A program made the position numbers and the translations under genes. The notes below the pieces were generated by a model. The model saw only the letters and a program-made list of their open reading frames with translations, was not told the origin of the DNA and did no database searches. This document shows, piece by piece, positions 38,301 through 51,000 of a DNA stretch of 64,000 nucleotides. Every line of letters begins with the position of its first letter. The first letter of the stretch is position 1. This stretch comes from Takakia lepidozioides (taxonomy: Eukaryota; Plantae; Bryophyta): assembly GCA_030704615.1 (NCBI GenBank), contig CM060732.1, positions 2,170,001-2,234,000 of the forward strand, in the 5' to 3' direction.

Positions 38301-41300
38301 CGGTGCCGCACACTGTTTGAGCTTCCAAGTCAGGGTGGATTCAACCTGCCATAGTGGCCCTATGTGGCCGATTTGAACATCAAAAAACAAGCAAAATGGG
38401 GGGCTCAAACAATATGAGATGCCGCACACTGTTTGAGCTTCCAATTCGGGTGGATTCAACATTCCATAGTGGCCCTAAGTGACCGTTTTGAACATCAAAA
38501 AACAAGCAAAAAGGGGGCTCAAACACTATGCGGGGCCGCACACTGTTTGAGTTTCCAATTCAGGGTGGATTCAACGTGCCATAGTGGCCCTATGTGGCCG
38601 ATTTGAACATCAAAAAACAGGCAAAATAAGGGGCTCAAACAGTATGCGATGCCGCACACTGTTTGAGCTTCCAATTCGGGGTGGATTCAACCTGCCATAG
38701 TGGCCCTATGTGGCCGTTTTGAAAATCAAAAAACAAGCAAAATGGGGGGCTCAAAGAGTGTGCGGTGCCGCACACTGTTTGAGCTTCCAATTCAGGGTGG
38801 ATTCAACCTGCCATAGTGACCCTATGTTGCCGTTTTGAACATGCAAAAACAAGCAAACTGGGTGGCTCAAATAGTGTGCGGTGCAGCACATTGGTTGAGC
38901 TTCAAATTCGGGGTGGATTCACCCTGCCATAGTGGCCCTATGTGGCCGTTTTGAACATCAAAAAACAAGCAAAATGGGTGGCTCAAACAATGTGTGGTGC
39001 CGCACACTGTTTGAGCTTCCAATTCGGGGTGGATTCAACCTGCCATACTGGCCCTATGTGGCTGTTTTGAACATCAAAAACCAACCAAATTGGGGGCTCA
39101 ATTAGTGTGCGGTGCCGCACACTGTTTGAGCTTCCAATTCGGGGTGGATTCAACCTGCCATAGTGGACCTATGTGGCCGTTTTGAACATCAAAAAACAAG
39201 CAAAATGGGGGGCTCAAAGAGTATGCGGTGCCGCACACTGTTTGAGCTTCCAATTCGGGGTGGATTTAACCTTCCATAGTGGCCCTATGTGGCCGTTTTG
39301 AACATCAAAAAACAAGCAAAATGGGGGGCTCAAACAGTATGCGGTGCCGCCCACTATTTGAGCTTCCTATTCGGGGTGGATTCAACCTGCCATAGTGGCC
39401 CTATGTGGCCGATTTGAACATCAAAAAACAAGAAAAATGCGGGGCTCAAACAGTATGCGATGCCGCACACTGTTTGAGCTTCTGATTCGGGGTGGATTCA
39501 ACCTGCCATAGTGGCCGTATGTGGCCGTTTTGAACATCAAAAAACAAGCAAAATGGGGGGGCTCAAAGAGTGTGCGGTGTCGCACACTGTTTGAGCTTCC
39601 AATTCGGGGTGGATTCAACCTGCCTTAGTGGCCGTATTTGGCTGTTTTGAACATGAAAAAACAAGCAAACTGGGTGGCTCAAACATTGTGCGGTGCCGCA
39701 CACTGTTTGAGCTTCCAATTCGGGGTGGATTCAACCTGCCATAGTGGCCCTATGTTGCCGTTTTGAACATGAAAAAACAAGCAAACTGGGTGGCTCAAAT
39801 AGTATGCGGTGCAGCACATTGTTTGAGCTTCAAATTCGGGTGGATTCACCCTGCCATAGTGGCCCTATGGGGCCGTTTTGAACATGAAAAAACAAGCAAA
39901 ATGGGTGGCTCAAACAATGTACGGTGCCGCACACTGTTTGAGCTTCCAATTCGGGGTAGATTCAACCTGCCATACTGGCCCTATGTGGCTGTTTTGAACA
40001 TCAAAAACCAACCAAATTGGGGGCTCAATTAGTGTGCGGTGCCGCACACTGTTTGAGCTTCCAATTCGGGTGGATTCAACCTGCCATAGTGGACCTATGT
40101 GGCCGTTTTGAACATCAAAAAAACAAGCAAAATGGGGGGCTCAAAGAGTATGCGGTGCCGCACACTGTTTGAGCTTCCAATTCGGGTGGATTTAACCTTC
40201 CATAGTGGCCCTATGTGGCCGTTTTTGAACATCAAGAAACAAGCAAAATGGGGGCTCAAACAGTATGCGTGCCGCCCACTATTTGAGCTTCCTATTCGGG
40301 GTGGATTCAACCTGCCATAGTGGCCCTATGTGGCCGATTTGAACATCAAAAAACAAGAAAAATGCGGGCTCAAACAGTATGCGATGCCGCACACTGTTTG
40401 AGCTTCTGATTCGGGGTGGATTCAACCTGCCATAGTGGCCGTATGTGGCCGTTTTGAACATCAAAAAACAAGCAAAATGGGGGGGCTCAAAGAGTGTTCG
40501 GTGTCGCACACTGTTTGAGCTTCCAATTCGGGGTGGATTCAACCTGCCTTAGTGGCCGTATTTGGCTGTTTTGAACATGAAAAAACAAGCAAACTGGGTG
40601 GCTCAAACATTGTGCGGTGCCGCACACTGTTTGAGCTTCCAATTCGGGGTGGATTCAACCTGCCATAGTGGCCCTATGTTGCCGTTTTGAACATGAAAAA
40701 ACAAGCAAACTGGGTGGCTCAAATAGTATGCGGTGCAGCACATTGTTTGAGCTTCAAATTCGGGGTGGATTCACCCTGCCATAGTGGCCCTATGGGGCCG
40801 TTTTGAACATGAAAAAACAAGCAAAATGGGTGGCTCAAACAATGTGCGGTGCCGCACACTGTTTGAGCTTCCAATTCGGGGTGGATTCAACCTGCCATAC
40901 TGGCCCTATGTGGCTGTTTTGAACATCAAAAACCAACCAAATTGGGGGCTCAATTAGTGTGCGGTGCCGCACACTGTTTGAGCTTCCAATTCGGGGTGGA
41001 TTCAACCTGCCATAGTGGACCTATGTGGCCGTTTTGAACATAAAAAAACAAGCAAAATGGGGGCTCAAAGAGTATGCGGTGCCGCACACTGTTTGAGCTC
41101 CCAATTCGGGGTGGATTTAACCTTCCATAGTGGCCCTATGTGGCCGTTTTGAACATCAAGAAACAAGCAAAATGGGGGGCTCAAACAGTATGCGGTGCCG
41201 CCCACTATTTGAGCTTCCTATTCGGGTGGATTCAACCTGCCATAGTGGCCCTATGTGGCCGATTTGAACATCAAAAAACAAGAAAAATGCGGGGCTCAAA

Positions 41301-42401
41301 CAGTATGCGATGCCGCACACTGTTTGAGCTTCTGATTCGGGGTGGATTCAACCTGCCATAGTGGCCGTATGTGGCCGTTTTGAACATCAAAAAACAAGCA
41401 AAATGGGGGGGCTCAAAGAGTGTGCGGTGTCGCACACTGTTTGAGCTTCCAATTCGGGGTGGATTCAACCTGCCTTAGTGGCCGTATTTGGCTGTTTTGA
41501 ACATGAAAAAACAAGCAAACTGGGTGGCTCAAACATTGTGCGGTGCCGCACACTGTTTGAGCTTCCAATTCGGGGTGGATTCAACCTGCCATAGTGGCCC
41601 TATGTGGCCGTTTTGAACATCAAAAAACAAGAAAAATGTGGGGCGCAAAGAGTGTGGAGTGCCGCACACTGTTTGAGCCTGCAATTCGGGGTGGATTCAA
41701 CTTGCCACAGTGGCCCTATTTAGCCGTTTTTAACTTGAAAATTCAAGCAAACTAGTTGGGCAAAGAGTGTGCAAGGCCGCACACTGTTTGAGCTTCCATT
41801 TTGGGGTGGATTCAACCTGCCATAGTGGCCCTGTGTTGCTGTTTTGAATATCAAAAAAGAAGCATAATGGGGGGCTCAATTAGTGTACGGTACCGCACAC
41901 TGTTTGAGCTTCCAATTCGGGGTGGATTCAACCTGCCATAGTGGCCCTATGTGGCCATTTTGAACATGAAAAAACAAGCAAATTGGGGGGGCTCAAATAG
42001 TGTGAGGTGCCGCACACTGTTTGAGCTTCCAATTCGGGGTGGATTCAACCTGCCATAGTGGCCCTATGTGGCTGTTTTGAACATGAAAAAACAAGCAAAT
42101 TGGGAGGCTCAAACATTGTGCGGTGCCGTACACTGTTTGAGCTTCCAATTCGGGGTGGATTCAACCTGCCATAGTGGCCCTATGTGGCCATTTTGAACAT
42201 CAAAAAACAAGAAAAATGTGGGGCGCAAAGAGTGTGGAGTGCCGCACACTGTTTGAGCCTTCAATTCGGGGTGGATTCAACCTGCCATAGTGGCCCTATT
42301 TAGCCGTTTTTGACATGAAAAACCAAGCAAACTAGGTGGCTCAAAGAGTGTGCAAGGCCGCACACTGTTTGAGCTTCCATTTTGGGGTGGATTCAACCTG
42401 T
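26383..42401 (+). repeat. 116-bp tandem satellite array (~138 monomers) with higher-order repeats; candidate centromeric satellite
   Basis: Consensus GCCATAGTGGCCCTATGTGGCCGTTTTGAACATCAAAAAACAAGCAAAATGGGGGGCTCAAACAGTGTGCGGTGCCGCACACTGTTTGAGCTTCCAATTCGGGGTGGATTCAACCT; period 116 (e.g. 34761 to 34877). Centromere function is inference. Confidence 0.97.
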
Positions 42402-43481
42402 TGTCGCGCGGCTTTTACTCACCCATCCCTTCGCTATTCGAGGCGGAAACTCCAAGATAGAAGAGTTGGAAATCTCTAAGTACTCAGCCCGCGCAGAACA
42501 ATCGGTCATGACCTACAGCTAGTGTATCATGGGGGTGTTTCCTATTTGTTTCCCTTTTGGCATTCATGTTAGCTACCTTACCATTGATAATTAAGTATCA
42601 GTTTGCTTTATCAATCTATTGGATTCCATCAACTCATCCATTCATTCCACAGCTTCACTCAGATCTCTCTACACAGTGAGATTGTATCGTAAAAGTATCC
42701 GATTATGATTTATCAGGTATCAGGCCGAAGCCATTGTGTCTCTAATCTGCTCTACTATATCACTATCGCTCTTCATATAACAAGCATCTATTAATCCTCT
42801 TTCCTCCTTCACCGTGCTCCCCATCTTTGCTTCCGATCCTCCTCTCCGCTCCATCTCCTCTCATGCATGACGCAGAAGTCCTCCTCCGAATAATAATCCT
42901 CCCAAAATTCCCTGCTTCTCCCTTTATCTTCCTACCCGTGGTGGCTCTAACCATTTCCCTCACTAACCGTCGTCCGTGAACTAACATGTTCCATATGCAG
43001 GTGTTGTTTCCCACAGTCGTTCCCTGTCCTGCTCTCCGTTCCCTATGGTCGTGACAGTTGTGTCAAGCTGTGACTGGCTGTGTGAAACTGTGACGGGCTG
43101 TGACTGGCTGTGCGACTGTGACGGGCTGTTTGGCTGTGTCGGCTGTGACGGTCTGTGGCTGTGTCTGTGACGACTGTGACGGGCTGTGTGGGCTGTGTCG
43201 GCTGTGACGATTGTGACGGGCTGTGTGGGCTGTGTGGGCTGTGTTGGGCTGTGTTGCTGTGTCGGTTGTGTGACCTGTGTCGGCTGTGTGGCTGTGACGG
43301 GCTGTGTGGGCTGTGTTGTGACGACTGTGACGGGCTGTGTCGGCTGTGACGGGCTGTGTAACCCCCCTCTACAGTGCGCTGCTGTCACCCCTAAGGCTCC
43401 TGTTGGTCTCAGTCTGTGCAAAAATTAAGGGTACCCTACAGATCCCGTATAAGTGTCTAAGTCCCAGACAGTCCTCTAACA
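42402..43481 (-). repeat. 3' LTR of C2 (1080 bp)
   Basis: TG...CA; near-identical to 54588-55545 apart from a GGCTGTG(A/T)C minisatellite. Confidence 0.94.
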
Positions 43482-43500
43482 TTACCCCTTCCCCCCTCAA
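43482..43500 (-). promoter_or_regulatory. Polypurine tract of C2
   Basis: TTGAGGGGGGAAGGGGTAA on the minus strand, adjacent to the 3' LTR. Confidence 0.9.
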
Positions 43501-43512
43501 AAAGCCGTGTCC

Positions 43513-46500
43513 TCACGGTTTACTGATTGCGATTAGCAAACCTTTGTGAGTGAGCACCTTTCTGACGTTGAGAGTTTCGTGGCGGACTGTGTGTACGAGC
43601 CCGAGGTCTGTCTCTTTGACACTACCTGGATAAGTGAGGCCCTCTGGAGGCTGATATCGAGGTAACCTTTCAGGCATAGGAGACCCCCGTCGCTTCTTCT
43701 CTGCCATCTGAATTGCATAGTCTTCTCCATGTCAAAAGAATTCGTGAAGAAACAGTTGTATCAGAATCCTCATCGCCTCTCAGGTGTTTTAATTTCGAAC
43801 TTTTTGTGGAATCCTCTGGGGCATACAATGTTGTCCTACCATGTCTGGAAGTTTATATTTTACAAAACTTGGTGTAACCGCTGAACAGCAAAATTGGTGA
43901 GACACTGAGCTCCTTGTCTGTCCAGGTGAGTGGGGTACCAATTACTGGTGCAGCGTGCAAGTATTCCATGCCACATGTCCCTTATAGAAAATATCATCAA
44001 TGCCGAATTTCTGTGTTGACAAATTGTTCCAGGCCGCTTGAAACCATGAACGAATTTGAGAATCCTTTTGCATCATAACTTTTGCCTCATATAGGTACAT
44101 ATGAGGTGGCACCGAAGGTAATACCCAATGATCCCCACTGGAATAACTCAGAAAGCGTGTTGCATCTTTTGTTGCTCAATGTGATAACGTACCAGAAAAC
44201 AAGCAGCGTAGTATAACCCGCATCCCATGACAATACTTGCTACCTCCTTGGTCTTGGTATAAATGAGTCCATGTACAACCTGGAAAGCAATTAATTCCCT
44301 CAACATGGTACCTGCCTCGTGCCAGTATTGTGCAAAGTGATGATCTTCAATATGTCGATTGTTCGGAAGAACTTTAGTCCTAGTTGCCACTGGCAGCCAA
44401 ATACGCATGATTTGGTAGTAATGTGCGAATGACTGCGGAGGACTAAATTCTTTCCAAGCCAAATCCAACATGATGGGAATTTGGTTGAAGGGCATAATCA
44501 TAGCCCTACTGTACTCCCTTGCAGCTGGAGTTTTAGGTGGGTTAAAAGCAGCATTGCCCCATACCTCAGGCTGTGGTGGCTGTGGTGTGGTTGTAGTAAC
44601 AACAGGTCAGCTACTGGTACAGTGACTTGTTGTGGTGTTGGTGGTACTGGCTCTTGTATCATTGGCATCTCCTGCACCTCCTGTGAAGACTGAAAAGCCA
44701 AAGTTCTGGCTTGTAAATAAGAAGCCATTAGCTGTTCCTGAGGGATATAGACTCTTTTGTCGATGTTTGAAGTGAGGTCCTCCACTTGAGTCTGCAGTCC
44801 GTCTACATCCTCCTGTAACTCTGCTATCCTACTATAGACATTGTCTATAGTAGTTGTGGCAATGTTCTGCACTTGCAGTCTGAGCTCATTCATCTCGCTT
44901 TGGGTGAGCTTTCGTGGTGCTTTGCCCTCTACTGGCCCTTGTGCTAACCAGACCTGCATAAGGCTGTTATCCACCAAGTTGCTTGTGGTTCCCCTGAGAG
45001 TGCTCCTCTCTTAGCTTGTACACTTCTAACTGCTGTTGTAAAGCCTCCATGCGCTTCGCCTGAGGTTCAACCAAATTGCATAGCAGCAAGTAGATTATTG
45101 CTTCCTTCCAAGCCTTGTTAGTGACCGCGATTTCATTTCTATTGGCCATGACGTTTGTTGCAACTCCACGATGTGCTTCTCTTGATCAGCTTCAACCTGC
45201 CTGTATTGCTTGAAAGTATCCTCATTGCGACAGATTGTATTCTTCATATCGACAATGAGTTTCATTTGCTCAACATTCTCTTCTTCTGCCTTCGTACATT
45301 TTTCCGCTTGACTGTTTATTTCTTTGTAGATTGGTCAAGCATAGTTGTGAATGTAGCACATTGTATCGCCATCCTGTCATGCACTGTCTGCAACTCCGTA
45401 TGTAGTGCATTCACTTCTTGCAACTTGCTTTCATGCTGCACCTGCATTTGGTATAGCTGTTGCTTATGTGCTTCGTGCAACTGGTCTTGCGCGAGGCCTG
45501 CCTCAATCAATTGTTCCTTGGCCAATTGCAAAGCCGCTTCTGTATTTCCAAGTCCTGCTGCATCTTGAGAGTGACCTCTTCATCGACCTTGTTTGCACAC
45601 TCAGTGGCTAGTCGAGCCTCAAACTCCTTCCTGAGTTCCTCTCTCAAGGCTGTCAATTGGGTAGTTGGAACATGGGATTTGACATAAGTCCCCAACAAAT
45701 TAAGTGTCCTGCCTATGGAACTCATCAGCATTGCCTGTTGAGGGTCATCATGGTGAGGTTGCTGCTGTTCCTCCTGATCCTCAACAGTGTGATGTCTCAC
45801 GAACCACTCAGGCCATTGTCCCACCGGATTTTCTTCCTGAACCACTTCATCTATCACCGGTGCTACAGTGTCATGACCTTCCGCCTGTGGTACCTCCGAC
45901 ACAGGTGTGTGTATTATATGCACCTCAGGATTTCCCTTGGGCAACTGTTGCACCTCTGGAATCTCTGTCTCCTTGACCAGACCAGAATATTCATAGAGAA
46001 GGTCCCCCTTCTCATTTCTGCCACTATCTGTTCTGTAGTTGGAATATCTAACCCTTCTCTTTCCAAATCAATTATTTCTGGTTGAGCTGCATGGACAACT
46101 TGTGACCTTGTGACAAGTCGATCAGCTGGCTGTGATGGTTGTGATACTGAAGTAACTTCCTCCTCCCTCTCTGAAGGTCCTGCTTCCAGTAATAGCATTT
46201 CTCTGTGCTGCTGTGCCCCTTCCTGCACATGAGCTTGGGAAACATTATCATGCGGAATCCGTGAAGCCAGTGGATCCGCCACTACAGTCTTTCCCCGTCT
46301 CTGCCTCTTAGTCTCGGGTTGCCTGCTAGTCCACCCTCACTGTGTGAAGAGCCTTGCTCTTCCATTGCAGTGGTTTCTGGCTCAAACACTCCCATCTCCT
46401 TTCTTTCTTGCGCATCAAGTATGCCAGAATCAAGAATTATTTGAGCAATGATTGGGCCAGACACTATGATAGGAGACTTTGCGTAGTACCTTGTAATCTT

Positions 46501-47266
46501 TTCATCTCCTCTACCAGTGCGTTGTACATTATGTCCGCCCATTGTACCTCTTGTCCCTTCAGGGCTTTGAGTATTTCCTCCGTGAAGGATCTGCTCAAAT
46601 ACTGTTGGTTCTGTTTCATGGCAATCAGAACGTTCAATACCTGGCCTACCTCTTTAGCCCTGGGTACACAGCCTTGGTACAAGCATAACCCTGAGTTTTA
46701 AAGAAACTCCCTTCTTGGAATAAGTCCCCTATTTGCAGTCTTGCCCTGTGTCCTCCACATGCACCTGACCTGCTGGCAATCGAAACAATTGCTGGAGGTA
46801 TAGGGGAGTAATCATTAATTCAACTCCCTTCACCGTTGTTGTTCCTGTCCTTGGCTCAAAGTTCTGCAAAATTGTAACATGTACTGTCTATGGTGTAATG
46901 TCCAATCTAGCTTTGCAATCCTTGCAATCTCAGCTCCTCCAGTATCTGTATCGCCTGTGGGGTAGCAATCGTTTGTTTCTGCAGAATTGTGGTGCTCTTC
47001 ACCCTGATTTCCTCCATTCCTCTCACTCTCTTCATTTTAGACTCACAGAACTGTTTTGGCTGTAACAACTGCAGAAATGCCTGTAGTGCACAAAGCATAA
47101 ACGTATGGTTGCCACAGAAAGCTATGGGTAATTTCTTGTAAGCCTGCGGGGCTTGCAAGCATCGCTCAAGAGAAAAGCTCCGCTCTGTTCTTTCGTGTCT
47201 ATGCTGCGTAAGTAATATTGCGAGCGTATAGTCTGTTAGTTCCTCCATAGTTTCCAAGCTAAGCAT
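43513..47266 (-). pseudogene. 3' accessory (ORF2/env-position) coding region of C2, fragmented
   Basis: Chain of sense-strand ORFs after IN (46907-47266, 46464-46682, 45914-46282, 45507-45953, 44498-44977, 44148-44501), including GQEVQWADIMYNAL and long Q/E-rich coiled-coil-like segments. Confidence 0.6.
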
Positions 47267-47714
47267 TGATGGTCTGTCCCGTCGAGACGCCCGTTACTCA
47301 GAACGACGCCGCCTCTTGCGCTCAATTTCCCTCCATTTTCTTGATCCTTTCTGGTTTTCTATTGGCTGTATCCGCTGTGACTGGATTTTAGATTTTATTT
47401 CTTTAGTGGACTTTCCCTGCTGGATAGTCCACTAGGATCACACATGTGACAAGAATTTCGCTTTTCTGTACTTGCCGTTCGTTCCGTTTCCCTTTTTCCG
47501 TATTCATTAATGGGCCCGCCTTTCATCCCTTTTGACGGCCGTTCTTGTCCTCTTTCTTTATGACACCTGTTCTTGCACTTCCTTCTCAGCTGTGTGTCGC
47601 GCCCTGACTTCCACGTGTCTATTTTTAAACTATTTCCGTTTTTTCTTCCGTCAGCCATTTCCTGAAGTTATTGTGCGTCACCTGTCACTGATTCTATGGA
47701 TCGTGTAACCCTAG

Positions 47715-47930
47715 TAGGCTGTGTTGAGCTGTGACAGGCTGTGTCATACTGTGGTTGTGAAGGCTGTGATGCACTGTGGTAAGCTGTGATAGGCTGTGAC
47801 ACGCTGTCTGTGGGTGTGTGGTTGTGATAGGCTGTGTTGCGCCGTGCTGGGCTGTGATAGGCTGTGTCACGTCGTGATGGCTGTGATAGGCTGTGTTGCA
47901 TGGCTGTGATAGGCTGTGCTATAGGCTACT
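47715..47930. repeat. GGCTGTG-core minisatellite in the IN-ORF2 spacer of C2
   Basis: Repeated GGCTGTGATA / GGCTGTGT units with the same core as the LTR minisatellite. Confidence 0.8.
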
Positions 47931-48059
47931 GTGCGTGTTTGCCGCCCTGGTCATATATGCTGGCCTAGCGACAAGTGCTCCATACTCCGTTGTAACACTG
48001 GTGCAGCCCGTGACTGCTCTTGCGTTTCAACATGCAAATCATGCTGCAAGGTTTGTCAT

Positions 48060-51000
48060 GGATACCACTGTACCCCTTCAACTTATTGCATTGACTCTTC
48101 CCAGCATTTCTTTGTTAATGGTTTGTAACATGGCGTGTTGTTATCATACATCTTTTGTATGACATAAGGTCCTTTCCATGGTGATTTAAGCTTAGAAGCT
48201 TTAATCTTTCCTTTCTTCTGCAACCATAGAACCAAATCCCCGTCTTAAAAGTCTTTAACTTGCCTTCATCAAACTGTTCCTTTCTCTTCATCTGAATTCT
48301 GGTCATATTATCAGCTGCATCAGCACGTACTTCTTCCACATGGTATAATTCATGTTTCCTGACCTTAATGGAATCTTGCAATTCCATTCTTTTCCCCACT
48401 CCGTTCTCATGGTAGGTAACAGGAATTCCACTGGAAGTAAGGCTTCCATACCATAAACTAATTGGAATGGTGTATACTTAGTGGTGACTTTATATGAAGT
48501 CCTGTATGACCACAAAGCTGTCAGCAGCTTTGTATCCCAATCCGTTCTGTTTGCATTGACTATCTTAGCCAAGATAGTACATAGTATTTTGTTAGCCTCT
48601 GCCTGCCCATTACCCTGTGGGTAATATGTTGTACTCTTTCTATGCACAATCATGAACTCTTTAGTCAACAACTCAATGGTCTCATTCATGAAGTGACTTC
48701 CCTGATCACTGATAAATTCTAAGGGACAGCCAAATCGTGTAAGTATGTTCTCGTACAGGAACCTTGCTGTGGACTTGGCTGTGTTGTCCCTCAAAGCTTT
48801 AGCTTCCACCCACTTAGTATAATCAGTGGCTGTAATTATGTACCTGTTCGTGTATTCTTGGCTGGTGGGTTAATTGGTCCAACAAAGTCTAGTCCCCATT
48901 TCTGAAATGGTTCCGTAGGCATTGTAGGATGCAAGGCCATCCTTCCAGATCTCTGCAAAGGTCCTAGCCTCTGACATTCATCACACTCTGACAATACTCG
49001 TGTACATCTTTGAACAAAGTAGGCCACCAGTAACCTGCGAGTAGTATCTTCCTACTGGTAGTCTCTTCTCCAAAATGACCTCCAGCCACTCCTTTATGAA
49101 CTTCCTCCAAAACTTTATTTACTTCATGGTGGTACAAGCATCGTTTTAGTACTCCATCAGGTCCTAGCTTATACATTCTGCTTCCTACCATAGTATAAGG
49201 TAAAGCTTTGATAGCGATTCTCTTCCTCTGCTCCTTACCATAACTAGGTGGGCACTGACCATGAGCAAGGTAGTATCTGATTGGCCACTGCCAATCTAAC
49301 CATCATCTGCACTTCAGCAAAGAAACGCATCTGGTAATTGATCATCTATCCTGTGGCTGGTTCTCCTTGTGAGACAAATGATCCGCCACAAGATGCAGTC
49401 TCCAGGCTTGTAAACAACCTCGAACTCAAACTCGTGCAAGATTATCAAACCATCTTGCTATTCTTCCGCTTATCAGAGGTTTGTTCCCAGGTATATCAGA
49501 GCCTGGTGATCCACATAGAACATAAACTTCTTGCCCAAAGGTAATGCCTGAATTTCTTCACTGCATAGATCATTGCCAATGCTTCTCTTTCCGTTGTGCT
49601 ATAGTTCCTTTCAGCACTGTTCATCAACCGGCTAGCATAGTACACAGGTGAATCTATATTTCCTGTAACATTCTGGGCTAACACCGCTCCCAACGCTTCT
49701 CCTGATGCATCGCAGTGAACATGAAAATACACCAGTGAGGGTTAATCAGCACAGGTGTAGTTGTTACTGACAGTGTAAGTTCCTCAAACGCCTGTTGACA
49801 TTCAGCTGTCCAGGCAAACACTGCATCTTTCTCAGAAGCTTGCTCAATGGTGCTGCTATTTGTGCATACCTTTTGACAAATCTTCTGTAATAACTGGTTT
49901 GCCCAAGGAATCTCCTTAGACTTTAACATTCACTGGTGGTGGAGAGGCTTTAATGGACTCTGTCTTCTGGGATCCACAAGAGTCCCTTCTTACACACAAT
50001 GTGTCCCAGAAGCACCCCTGAGTTCACACAGAAAGTACACTTCTCTGGATTCAGGCCCAGACCTCTCATCCTGCATCTGGCCAAACATAACTCCAATTTA
50101 TGCAAGTGCTCATTCTTAGAGCTGTACACACTGAAATCATCCAAGAATACCTGCATGAAATCATCCAGATACTCATGAAAAGATTCACTTATCACTCTCT
50201 GAAAGGTCGCTGGTGCATTACAAAGTCCAAAGGGCATGACTTTGTATGCATAAGCCCCCCAGTCTGTGATGAAAGCTGTTTTCCCTTGGTCTTCTTCTGC
50301 CACTTGCACTTGATTATAACCACTGAAGCCATCCATGAATGAGTACATCTCATGGCCTGCCACAGTGTCTAATACTGCTTCTGTGAATGGCAAAGGGAAA
50401 GGATCTTTCTTCGTACAAGCATTCAGCTTCTTATAGTTCACACATACTCTTAGTTTGCCATTCTTCTTGGGAACTATAACAATGGGTGACAACCAAGTTG
50501 TATACTCTATTGGGTATATAAACTTAGCCTCAGCCAACTTCTTTATCTCTTCTCCAACCTTCTGTGCGTAGTTGGGATTCATTCTATACCTCGCCTGCTT
50601 GATTGGTACTGACCCTGGTTCCAGTTCAATCTTATGCTGACAGACTTCAGGTGGTATCCCTTTTAGATCCTCATAGCTCCAAGCAAATACATCTCTGTAT
50701 TTGATGAACAAGCTTTTAGCTTCTTCGAAAATTCCGGCTCCAAATCAGCTCCTACTTTCACCATCCTCGGTTCCTCTTTAGTTCCCACATTTACTTCCCT
50801 CACCTGCTCATCAGCTGTGATTGTCCAACCAGTCACCACTTCATCCTGTAAGCTCACAGTGGCTGGTTCTTCTAGGATTTCTATTTCTCCTTCTCTTTCT
50901 TCATAGAAATGTGATGGGTAAATGCTGGTTTCCTCTTCAGTTGGTGTTGCTGTCACTACACCACAGCAGATACCTCTCAAACAACTTAGGCTTTCCAGCC

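Noticed and set aside
26304-41468. Numerous 60-130 aa ORFs within the satellite
   Set aside because: Translations of the repeat on both strands; 116 is not a multiple of 3
26383-42401. 5S rDNA or tRNA/SINE-derived array (unit near 120 bp; GGATTCAACC looks like a B-box)
   Set aside because: No similarity to the conserved 5S sequence, no spacer or oligo-T terminator arrangement, no cloverleaf; the B-box match is imperfect
26383-42401. CENP-B box or telomeric repeats
   Set aside because: No TTCG....A..CGGG motif seen; TTTAGGG appears only as an isolated monomer variant
42981-43428. Thr/Gln/Pro- or Cys/Val/Gly-rich ORFs in family-C LTRs (mucin- or metallothionein-like)
   Set aside because: Translations of the GGCTGTG minisatellite; frames are not conserved among the three LTRs
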